In this document: piece after piece, positions 15,185 to 27,100 of the stretch
Layout: every line of letters begins with the position of its first letter
Position numbering within the stretch: the first letter of the stretch is position 1
Assembly (NCBI GenBank): GCA_964640155.1
Contig: CAZXEQ010000007.1
Span: forward strand, 90,001 to 122,000
DNA: 32,000 bases
Reading direction: 5' to 3'
From: an uncultured bacterium
GTDB taxonomy: Bacteria; Auribacterota; JACPWU01
Position numbers and translations under genes: made by a program
The notes under the pieces: model-generated
The model's input: the letters and a program-made list of their open reading frames with translations, nothing else
Told to the model about the DNA's origin: nothing
Database searches by the model: none

Positions 15185-18100
15185 ACCGTGTCAGCGTTTC
15201 CGCGCGTCGATATTACCTCTGTTTCTATTCAAGATTTAATCCTCAAAGAAATGAGAAAAGATAAGACCTTTAAGTCCTCATCCGGTCTTGAAGTTGTCCT
15301 CATTAGAGATTTACATGCGCAAGAAGAAGCCCAACTTAAAATTGCTCATTCTCTCCAACAAATCTATGAACAGTCTAAAGTTTCCAAGGTTTTCATAGAA
15401 GGAGCTGAAGGTCCTATTCGAACACTTCTTTATCAAGCTTTTCCCAATGAAGATGTCAGACGTAAAGTAGGCAGAGAGTTTGTGAAAGAGGGTTATTTAA
15501 CGGGAGCAGAACTTGCGGCAATTGAATTAGGTTTGGGCGGAAACATTGAGCTTTATGGAGCAGAAGACGCTAAACTTTATGTAGAAAATCTCAAAGCCTT
15601 TCGCCAAACACGTCTAAAGTATCAGACTCTCGAATCAGAAATCCAATCTCTCACAAATAAAATCAATTCTTTAAAAAAGACTCACTTCTCCCAAGAGCTT
15701 CAAAGTTTAGATGATTTAAAACAGGACTGGGAAAAAGAAAATGCAGATTTAGAAAAAATTGTAACTCAGATTCACGGTCTTCTTAAAGTAAATGGAAGAA
15801 CACTTGCCAAATGGAAAAATATTGAGGAATTATCATATATCATTGATTCCAATAAACAAGTAGATCAGGCTAGCGTTCAAAAGGAATTGACAGATTTAAT
15901 TACATTCTTACAAAAAGTTCTTTCTGGTGAACAAGTCAAAGAATTGATTAAGCAAACATTGGAGTATCGGCTTGGGAAAATTTCTAGTGCGCATTACTTG
16001 ACAAATTTAAAAGTAATATATCAAAAGAAAAATTCGGATAAGAACTTTGAAAAAGATTTTCCCTCCCTGCAGAGTTGGTTGTTTGTATCCCAAAGACAAG
16101 AAAAATTAAATTTAAATGAAGTGTGGAAAGAAGTTCAAGATCTTTTCGATACTTTGATTAATGAATATGCAATTCGAGAGAAAACAACCGAACTGGTCAA
16201 TTTAGATAAAAAATGGACTTTATTTCACAAGTTTTTTCAACTAGAACTTTCTCGAGCAGACTTACAACAGATTCAATCTTTAAAACTAGAACAGGAACTC
16301 GCTTCTATACATGAACGCGTACAAGCTTTAGCAGTCCCCGACATGGGGCAAGCCTCTCAGAAAAAGGGGTCTAACCCTCCAAAGATTCCTGAGAAACTTT
16401 TTGATTTGGTAAAAACAGCTCAAAATTTTTATACATTGGCTAAGAAGAGAGATGAAGTTTTAATTCATAAAACACTTGAAAAATTATCTGGACCTCAAGA
16501 TGCGGCTGTTTTGATCACGGGAGGTTTTCATACGGAAGGAATTCAGAAAATTTTGGAAAAGAAAAATATTTCTTATGTAACTTGGACTCCTCAGATTAAA
16601 GATCTTTCAAAAGAAAGCCCTTATGAAAAAATCATGATGGATGAAAGTTTTAATTTGGGTGAAAGTGAATTTTCTGAAAAGCGTTTGGTTTTGCGTGATG
16701 GATCTGATGAGATTCGAAAAATGTTGGGGATTCCTGTTCTTGCAGGAAAAATTTTGGAAGCTCTAAGTAAAGAACGGTATACAGAAGCGGTTGAGCATCT
16801 TTTAAGTATGATGGTTACGGAGGGGAGGGAAACGGAGTTTAGAACTGTAAATGAAATGTTAAATCAATGGTTTCGACCTAGGATGAACGAGGATGAAGCT
16901 TCTCGCATAGCACGAGCCGCGGCTCGTGGATTTCCTCAGGAAGTTTTTTTGGATATGGATCGACTTGTTGATCCTGCCAATCGAGCACAACGAGATCTGG
17001 CTTTGAGGGTGGTTAAAACTGCTTTTGGCGATACTTATCCAGGTCTTGTTGCTTTAACACAAACTATTTTAAGAAGAGCAGAAGGAAAGGATGAAGGTAA
17101 TAAAGAAATTAGAGCGTTGGAAATTTTCTCAAAAGTTAAGGAGCATTTGTCTGCTCCCAAGGTTGAGGAGAGAAAAGTCTTTGACTTGTTGAAAGGTGTG
17201 GAGAGTGAGCTAAAGGAAACAGCAGGTGTAAAAAGAGCAAATGCTCTTTTTTTTGATTTTCTTTCTCATAAGGCTACAAAATTCTTGGATGAAGCAGCCG
17301 GTTTATCTTTAATGGAAACAGTCGATAAAGATTTTAAAAAAAGAAAAGCAGACGTTTCGGCGAAATTAAAATTAGCCGAACTAGCCATAGCTGATTTTAA
17401 AAAGTTTGAAAGAATAGGAATATCTTTAAATAGGCCTCAGGAAGAAATCTTACGTGGTCTTAAGGCACGTGTAGAAAATTTAAATAAAGCATTGGAAGAT
17501 TATGAACTTGCCCTTGTTCAGGTAAATAAAGGATCTCAAGCAAATTTCTCATTTGTGGAGGGCGAAGCTGCTCTTATTCAACCCCATTCCCCAACATGGG
17601 CTGGGAATTTAATCTCAAAAATTGTTGATGCAAAATATCGCTTAGTTTCTGATACGGTTTCTCAAGAATCTTCTTTGCGTGAGCGAGTTGACCGAGTAAC
17701 GAATTTTTATGAATCTGCTGTAGAGAGAAGTAATGATACAGCTGCAACTTCTGTGGGGAGAGAAGTTTCTAAGCGGCTTGCACATGCCTATTTGAAGCTT
17801 TTAGTAAAAGCATTGCTTGAGTTGGCAAACGCTCCAAAAGGAGATGAAGAGGCGGAAGTTTTAAAAGAGCTTCGTACGGGAATTCGCCTTTTAAAGGGAC
17901 CTATTGGCCTTTTGCATGCTGAATCAAATGAAGGGGAAACGGTTCAATCTTTCTTAGAAGTTTGTATGCTCACGTTTGGTAGAGTGCTGGATGATATTGA
18001 GGCGAGATTAGGGGATGCAACCGCTAAGGATGATACCATTGTAGGAAATATTCTACTTGATCTCGCTAATTATATCGAAGAAGTGAAGGTGTTAGATGTT

Positions 18101-21100
18101 TATAAAACAGGAAGTAATGGTGTTGCATCTTTTCTGGAAGGTTCTACTAGAACTTTTGGAACTTTGAGGGGTGCCGCTCAAGAGAAAGCCGGGAGTTCTT
18201 CTCCTAACAATAGATTGGCTGGGACAGCGCATTTTGCAGCTCTTGTTGGATTCTCTCCTGTGGCTGGTAGGTCGTCTACATCTGATAGAGATTTAGGTAT
18301 TGTTATTGAAGATGATTTAAGTGGTGCTGATGTTTCTGGTGCGCCACGGGTTGTTGCGATGGCAACAGGATTTGATGATGAAGATGCTGAAGGAAAAGTC
18401 ACTGTACCTGCCTCTGCTCCTGTTTTTGAGAGTTTATTGCCTGATGAGTATGTGAGGTCGTTACCGCCGGATGCGCCAATGGGTTCTTCACGTGTGGCAG
18501 TAGGGCCTCCCGCTTTACCAGCTGCGTCGGCACCGGTAGCAGATGCTTCGTCAGATGGAGAAGAATTTGTCATTGATGACCTTGATGCATACATGGCGGA
18601 AACTTCTGATGCTGCTGCGGCTAAACGTCCGGCCATTCCTCCACCTGCGCTGCTTGTTCGCGGTTCAAGCGTGAGGCCTCCGGCTTTGCCACCTGGAGAA
18701 GCTAGAGCTACGACTCGTTCTGATAGACCTGCTATGCCTCCTCCTGTTCCGAGTGGAACAGTTCGTGCTCCCTCTCCGGCATCTGGGGCAAAAGCGCCTG
18801 TAGCAATAGCTGATGCATCTGCGGCTGACGATGAGGTGGAGTTTGAAGAAGCGGAGGGAGAAGGTATAGTTGTTGAAGATGATGTTTTAGAAGCAGAGGT
18901 ACTACAGAGTCTTGTGCCACCTGAACCTGATAAACGAGAAGTTGCAGGGCGGTCATCTGCAGCTTCTATTCCTTTAGATTTGAGAAGGATGAAAGAAGCT
19001 CCTACCATATCTCCAAAGGATGTTAAACCTCTGACAGGAGGTGATGGAGGAGAAGTAGAAATTGTAGCGGTCGGTAAAGATGGTGAGACAGTTCTTTCAT
19101 TAGGCGAGCCTAAAGTTAACCGTGTTCCTTCGCGACCAGCTCCACCTCTTCCTTCTGCCCAATCTGCTTCTGACCGTCCAGCACCTTTTCCGGAAGCTTC
19201 TCAGAGAGAAGGTGCTCTGCCTCGTGCTGCAGATGCTCCTACGGCTGTAGCAGTTCCTGCACCAGTTGGTGTACCTGCTCAAGAAGTAACTTTAACAGGG
19301 AAGGCTTTGCTGGATTCTCTTGCTGCTAAAATTCCCGTGAATGTTCCTAATGAGACAGAACTTTTAAGAAGTGATGATGACAGTCCGATGCGAGCTATAG
19401 CTAAGTTTTGTGGTGCGTTTACTCGAGATGCTTTGTTAGGAGATAGAGAAGAAATTTATCGCGAAGACGGCATTTGGGATCATTGTTGGCAAATAATGAT
19501 GGCTCGCGCACAGCTTCATGTAGCAAGGCGTGAATGGGATAGTGCAGTTAGGATTTATTCTGGTTCTATTACAGTGCTTGATAGCATGGAAAAAGCTCAT
19601 TCAACACTTATCGGTAAAGAAGGTGTGGTGGTTAGTAGAGAGGAGATTGGAAGAGTTGAAAAGACTTTTACAGACAAACAAGGAAATATAGAAAACGGGC
19701 GCAGAATTTTGGCTATTACCAAAACATTTTCTGCTGAACCTTCGGCAGAAGGAGTTTCTTTAGAAACAGTAACTCTTGCAAGTTTGGAAGCTTTGTATAC
19801 AGGAGATGAGGCTCCCTTAACAACTGTGACAATGGATGCTAGTCAATTTGAAAATTTGAAAACTCAGCTGATTGAATTTGTAGATCGATATTTAGTTCGA
19901 GAATTGGCTTATGCCTACATTAGATATTCTTTTGAAGATGCACAGACCTTGCTTTTAGCAGGTTTTCGTTTAATAGAAAATTTTGTAGTAATGGGGAATA
20001 GATTGGGAATAGAGAGTTCATCTTTAGAAGGTTTAGCACAAGTAGCAGATAAGCTTTGTGAAGGGTCTCCGTCAGATCAACTCAGAGTGGAATGGTTGGA
20101 TCAATTAGAAGAGCTTTCATTGCCTGATAATAAGAAAAGAGCGCTTTACGATGAGCAAATTGGTTTTTATAAAGCAGCTGAAAGAGTGGTTTCTTTTTCT
20201 AAACGTTCAGAGTTAGCACTAAAAATAAGAGATTTGGAGGCTACAAAAGAGGGAGTAGGGATAAGATTATCAGAAATGCCACCTCTTGTGCCAGCAAGCC
20301 CTTCTGCACTAAGGGGTCCAACTCCTACACACGGTTCAATACCTCCAGGAATATTTGTAGCTAAGGCTCCAGAAGCGGCTCCGGCATCTGGCGATGCTAA
20401 TCCTTCAGTATTTTTCCCAGGAGGACCTGCTGCAGGTAGTGCAGCAGAAGGAAGTGGAACTATAGAGCTTTCTGTGCCAGATTTTCCTCTTGAGTCATTA
20501 TCAGTTCCAGGAGTAGCAATGCCTGCTGTGCCAGCACCGGTAGCAACAAAAGTAGAAGGCGCTCAAAAACCTCCAGCAGTTCCAACTAAAGGTCCTAAAG
20601 GCGTTGTTCCAAGAGCAAGGCCATCTAAACCACCGGCTGCCAGGTCTACAAAATTATCTACAGGTGCTGTTGCTGCACCTCCACCTATTCCTATTGATGC
20701 TGTCCTAGAAGTTTCAGGAGCAGTACCGTTTCCTCAACCACCTCCTTTGCCTGCTGCACCGGCAGTTGCATCTGCGTCAGCTGTTCCCCCTGAAGCAGCT
20801 ACAGCAGTAGCAGCAGCTAAACCGGCAGAAGATGCACCTGAAGAACTTTCAAGCTCAGCTTTTGTGGTTGATCAACTCCCTGGAGCACCTGCAGAAATGT
20901 CTACACCATCAGATTCCTTAGAAGCTCTTGCTGCTCGAATTCCCAAAAGTCTTCCAAATGAAGCTGAGCTTTTGAGAGATGATAAAGATGGACCATTAGT
21001 AGCTGTGAGAGCTTTTTATGCGGAGTTTAATAGGGTGCCTCTTAAAGTAAAGAGTCGAGAGAGTATTTATGAGAGAGGACGTATTTTTGATCAAATGTGG

Positions 21101-24100
21101 AATATTTTGATGGCTCGTGCAGAACTTCACGTTGCAAGAGGTGAAAGATCTAGGGCTTTAGAAATTTATGATGAATCTGAAAAAATTTGTCGTGGTATGG
21201 AAGGAGCACACGGACTACTTGTGGTAAGGGCAGAAGGTCTAGCACTTGCAATATCAATGGGGGAAATTAATCCGGGTGATCTTGGTATTGGTAAAGATGA
21301 AAAATCGTTTTCTGCCAAACTTACAGATCTAGAAAATAGGCGACGTGCTTTAGCTGCTGTTCCTGTAGTAGATGAACCTACAGAGCTTTCTGCAGAACTT
21401 GTTATTTCTCGACCTTCAGCTGTACCGTCAGGTCTACCAGCAGCACCAGGTTCTGCTAGAGCGAAACCTAGTGGTAGGACAGCATCGGAACGTGCATCTC
21501 TTCGTCCACCTGCTCCGCCTGCTGCAATAGCTCCGGCATCCGTGGCAACACAAGCAGCTGTACCTCCACCTGTGCCAACATCTGCACCGCGTGCTGTTCC
21601 TCCAGCAAAAGGACCTCCTGCTGTTCCTGCAGAAATATTGGCGGCTGGTATGGGAATTACTCTGGCAGATGTTTCGAAAATGGGTTCGTCCGATGAAGCA
21701 GTCTTGGATGCATCCGATGTAGAATCTCAAAGTTGGCTTGAGGAAAAGCTTCCTTCTGTTGCAGGAGCTTTGGATTGGGTTGAAGAAAGACGAATACAAA
21801 ATTTGGTTGATACGATGGATGCAGAAAAGTTTGTACAAGCTTTACAGGGTTCCCAGAGCGATCAAAAAAGAGCTTTTAGTGCGATGCGACGAATAAAATT
21901 AGAGACAGAAAGAGGACAAGCCATTTTAGATGGGGCTTTTGCTCTTATCAAAAATATTGCAGAGGATACACAGCGTAATCGGCTTTATCTCATTTGTTAT
22001 AATTTTATTTTTGAATATGCAAACGCAAACAAATTATGGGAGCTTGCAGCCAAATACGCTGCAAGCTCTTTAAATACTCTTTATTATCCTCCCAAAAGCA
22101 TTATGGAGTTTTCTTTGTTGCTTGTTCAGATTTTGGGCCAGGCGGGGGCCAGAAAAGCAGGTTTGACACTGGCTTTTTATAGCGCGCTTCAAAGACAAAA
22201 ACCATCGAGAGAGAAAAAAATAGCTTTAAGAAATTTTTATGCTCTTCTTGTCATTCTGGCTTGGAAAGAAAGCGATTGGACTGCAATTTCAAGTTTTGTT
22301 GAGCGGGCTATCGCAGATGATTTAGAAATAGCCTTTTTTCTTATTCAAAATATTTCAAAATATAAACATAAAGATATCAATGTAAAGGCTTTATGGTGGA
22401 GTTTTGCGCAGGCTGTCACAAAGACTCTAGACTCGAATCAGGATGTTTCAGAAGAAATTATTTTTAAAACAATAGAAGCTTTGGGCGTGCAAGAAGAACT
22501 AAGTAATCTTCTGATGAGCGCTTATTATAAAAGACTTAAAAGACGGATTAAATCTGAACCTGACTCTCAAGGAACGAAAGATGCGTTAGGACGATATTTT
22601 ATTGTTTTTACAAGAATGGCGTTAAAAGCAAATGACATTGAACTAGCAATTCATTTGGCGAATCGAGCTATTGAAGATGGACTGATCGAATATGCACACG
22701 AGCCTGTGGAGCTTCTGGGAAGAAGCAAGTTCTTTAAATCTAAAAAAGTTCAGGATTTGATTGCGCGTTTTCATGGCGAGATTGTAAAAATTGCTGATGA
22801 AAAAGAAAGGGTAAAGCAGTTACGTCTTTTTTATACCGCTATAATTAGGCATGCAATTGATCATAAGGCTTGGGATATTGAAGTGGCATACTGGGATAAA
22901 TTGAAGGGAGAACATTTAATATCGGCCCTTGTTTGTTCTGTGTATTTCTTAGGATCTTCTAAAAATGCTCGAGATCTTTTCTTTAGCATTTATTATAGAC
23001 TTGATGAGAAAAAAAAGCTTGATGTGGAGCTGTCGGTCGGGAATATTTTTAAGACAATAGATACATATCTTCAAGTGAATAAGCGAATAGAGGATGATCA
23101 AATAAGGAAAGTGGTTGTTTTAAGAATGGCTGTTACGCTGCTGTGTTCTCCTGAACTGGATAAGGAAAGTCGTTTAACAGTTCAGTTGCTGTTAGAACTA
23201 ATAAAAACATTTGATAAATATACATGCAATTTTACTCCTAAAGATGCTAAGGAGTTAGGCCCTATAGAAAAAGCAGTGGGGGCTGTGATGGCTTTAAATT
23301 TTAAGTTGAAGAAAGTTTCAGGAGAAAGAGATGAGATTAAACGTTTAAAAGAAATACAAGAATTTACCAATATTGCTTTTGCGTATTTGAAAATTGCAAA
23401 AGAACTTCCTGGTACTGTTCCTGGTGAAGTTCAGAATATTTTAGTCGGGGAAATTGAAGGTCATCTTGAAAATGCTTTAGTAAGTTATAGAAAAGCTCTG
23501 GCTGCTACATATGAGAATGTTTTTTCTTATTCGGAATCTGTCTTAACTTCTGCAAAAACTCTTTTGGATGAAGGAGATGAACTTTTCAAAAATCTTCTAA
23601 GATATCAATGGAAAGGGATATCTTTTGACGAAGCCAAATCGCATGCGCTCTATAAATTGGCTGTTTCTTTGAATGAGGAACGAGAGGAGCTCAAAAAGCG
23701 TCTTAACACAAGAATATTGGAACTCCAGGTAAGTGAAATTAGAAGGGGCTTTTCGAGGGCTAATTCAGAATCTTTTGATGGAAATTGGAGTCGCTACGAT
23801 AGAGACTTGAAAGTTTTAAGAGATATTGTTTTGCACAGCACAAGTAGTGATCCGGATGTTGCCAAAGAAGCTTTGGATGTTTGTATGGATCAAATGGAGT
23901 TTCTATTATCGCTAAGTTCGACTTTGACTGGTGAGCACCGCACAGAAGGTATTCGCTGGATAGGACAACAGATTAAGGAGTTATATACTCTTGAAGGATA
24001 TGTAGGTAGGGATGCTTCTATAAAGAAACTGTTTGGTTTTAGACTTTTAGCTATGAGTTTAGATTTTTCTACACAGGCAGATCTTGCAGCAGCGGAAGTT

Positions 24101-27100
24101 ACTCAAACTCAGATGAATGGTCTTTTAGAAAGAGCAGACTGTGACATAAACGAATTAGAAAATGTTTTAGCTGGATTAGAACTTTTTGCTGCTGGCCTAG
24201 CAAGTGTTCAAGATAACAGTCGTTTTGAAAATGCCAGAACTCTTACATTGGGTTTGGCTAAAGCTGTTTTAGAAAAGGTGAAGGCATTAGATTCTTCTTC
24301 TGCATTAGTGGGAAGAACAACAAGCTTGATTGCACGATTCTCCGATAATCTTCTTGAAGCATTGCAAAATGCTTTATCTCTTGAGGCTCTTCAAGCCATG
24401 CCTCAGGAGAGTGCATTGGAAATAATAAAATCCATTTATGAAGGAGATCATGCACTTTTAAGAAAAGAGGGTTCTGCTGACGAGGCTTCATATCTTGCTT
24501 TACTTGCAAACGTTGCAATTGTTGTTAAAAGCTTTATTATTCCTCAGTTGCAAGAGGCTTGTAACCAAAGGGATTGGACGAGGGCAGGGTCTTTGCTATC
24601 TATCACGTTTGGTTTGATTTCTGGTTTTAGAAAATTTCATGCAGATCGAGGTTTCTTAGATGGAAAATTTTCTGTATTAAATGATTTGAGAGGTCTATTT
24701 ACAAAAGAAAGTAAACCGTATAGCGAATATCTTGAAGCTTCTCTTTTGGGGGCAGAAAACTTTTTATCCTTAGAACGATATTTAAATCTGTTTTTAGACT
24801 TTTATCAAAAGGCTGCTGCGGCTTTCCCCTCAAAAGATATGGAGAAAATACGAGGCAAATTTTCATTTTTCTCAGATGTCTTGAGAGATTGTAAGGGGGA
24901 TTTTAGTGGAGTGAATGTGAAGATTATTGCCGAAAAGATCTTTCAACGCCTTTCGAGTCTTAAAGATCAGGATATCGATGTATGGGAAATAGCGATTGTT
25001 TTTACAATGGCTCGACTATGTGATGGAGCAACAAAGGGGCTTAAAGACGTTTCGTTAATGGAACAGATTCAGGGTTTGATTCATCAAACTGCTAAGCTTT
25101 TAGATGAAAAACTTGGCTCTGCAGGAATAACCGATCGGGAGAAAGGATTGGGGAAGGGAGTTACCTATTTTGCTCAGATTGAGGAATCTCAAGGTAATAT
25201 TCGGCTGTTTGATAGTACGGGAAAAGTTGTTTATTTGGATAGAGCTCTTCGTGGTTTAGAGGTGGCAGCTAAAAGGACTCAAGCTAGGGGCCAAGTGTTA
25301 GAGATTTCGAATGTCTTAGTCAGTCGTGTCGGGGACTGTTTTTTTCAAAGAGAGGGGTTGGAGACTTATAGACGTGCGGAAGCTTTGTTAGGAAGTATTT
25401 TGGATGAGTTGCCTGAAGGCGATGCAAATAAGGGAGCATATCAAAATTTAAAAGATAGAATACATCGTATTGTAATTTCAAGTGAGATTGCGGATTTTGT
25501 GGGTATAGGTCAATTACTTTATGCATGTGATTTTTCGGATCTTTCTGGATGGAGAAATCTTTATGAGAGGAGAAATCGTCTTGCTGGAGTAGACATTCCT
25601 GATGATGAAGATAGAACTTTGCATCTTCATATTTTATCTGGACAGTTGGATCGTGTTTATACAGAACTTTCCAAAAAAATTGCTCAAGTTGCTGTTCCTG
25701 TTGAGGGTGTTTATCCTCAACGAGTTGATATTTTAGTTGAAATGGGATTGGGCTTAGCGAAAGCCTTTAAATCTAAATACGAAGCATACGATCTTCATGA
25801 AGGTGAGATAGCAGGAAATATTTCTATTTTTGTCGACCAATTTTTTAATGAGAAAGTCAAAGTGATTTTGTCCGCGATGGAAACTCAAGCACAGGCGTTG
25901 CTTGAAACAGACTTGTTAAGAGCTCAAGCAATTTATGCAAGAATGCTTCGCATGTGCAATCAGGCTTTGACAGCAAGTCCTTCTCTGTTTGAGTCTAGTT
26001 CAGAAAATTTTAAATTAATGAACCGCATTCGAGCGCTTTCGGTCAGACCACAGGCTGAAAATGAATATGGAAAGGCCATTGCTTTACTCAAAGAAATAGA
26101 AGCTTTGGATATGAGAATAGAAGAGGATAGAGTTGTTGCTAATAAAAAACTTGTTGAGGCCGAAAAATTGTATGAAGCGATAAAGGCTCCTTGTTCATTT
26201 CCGGGAACTCTTGATCTTTTGGCTGAATTGAAACATGCACGTGTTCTTGTAGCTATTGGGAATTCTCTTAAGGCTTTACAGGAGGAAAATGAAGAAGAAG
26301 CTCAAAATCAATGGATAATTGTTAATAGAAATTTGTTTGCAGAAAGTTCGGGCTATGGCTTAAAAGTTGTTTTGAAAGATTTTGTTTTAGCTCAGTGTCA
26401 GTTAGCTCGTTTGGACGACAATGTTTCATCCTTAATTCAAGTGGGAAAATTCGCTAGCTTGGGCTTTGAGTTGATTTCAGTTTTTCGAAAATTTTGCCTG
26501 ACTCCCGGACTTGTTGGGGGACCTTCTCCCGAGCATCAGGCAGAAGTTTTTGCTCAAGGGGATGTATTTTACGATTTAGCACGTGTTTATGAAGCGAGAC
26601 TTCTTGAAAAAATTCAAAATGAAGGAGATCCTGTTTCAGCTTTAAAAATGTATGAAGAATTGGAAAGATTTTCTCGAAGTGGGGCAGAGTCCGTTTCGGC
26701 ACCATCTTTAGTTGCTCGCTTAGATGCACAGGCTAAACGAGCAGATCTCATGAGAGCACTTCTTGCTTCTCCTATAGATTCGACTGTTGCAGAGCGTTTT
26801 CAAGATTGGATAAGAAGCGATGATTTTACACTGGACGATGAACCTTTTACAGCAGCTTTCTTAGCTCAATGGGCGAATGCTGTGAGCGCCGAACAAGATG
26901 TTGCAGCTTATGAAGCAGGTCAGACACATATCATTGAGACAATAGATATTTTACAAGAACGGTTATGCGCTTTGATTCCAGGATCAACACCGAGTCTTAT
27001 ACTCACTTCTTTTAGGGTAGTTCTTCAAATTGACAAAGCTTTAAGAGCTTACGAGAGATCTAAAAACGGCGGTAGTCAAGCAGGAGATGTCGAAAAATTA

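Noticed and set aside
18178-19008. 276-aa minus-strand ORF (plus nested 18732..18956 and 19100..19282), the longest ORFs the track offers in the second half of the window
   Set aside because: They lie antisense to the Pro/Ala-rich tract of the giant + strand frame. GCN/CCN codons read in reverse give stop-poor Ser/Gly/Ala/Arg-rich sequence. The products are pure low complexity (SSSTTIPSPSASSNSTSSSAADASA...) with no start context. These are shadow ORFs.
19301-19375. WH2-like actin-binding motif after a poly-Pro tract (GKALLDSLAAKIPVN resembles the WASP-type sequence GRGALLDQIRQGIQL)
   Set aside because: The defining LKK(T/V) motif is absent downstream (the sequence continues PVNVPNETELLR). 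The other three module copies do not conserve the helix pattern either. The poly-Pro plus helix arrangement alone is not sufficient. I noted it only as an idea that structure or binding tests could revisit.
21434-21838. 134-aa minus-strand ORF rich in Cys, Arg and Trp
   Set aside because: It lies antisense to Pro/Ala tract 3 of the giant gene. The composition (RRSRWTKRCTFRCC...) is the reverse-complement artefact of the GCA/CCT/GCT codons.
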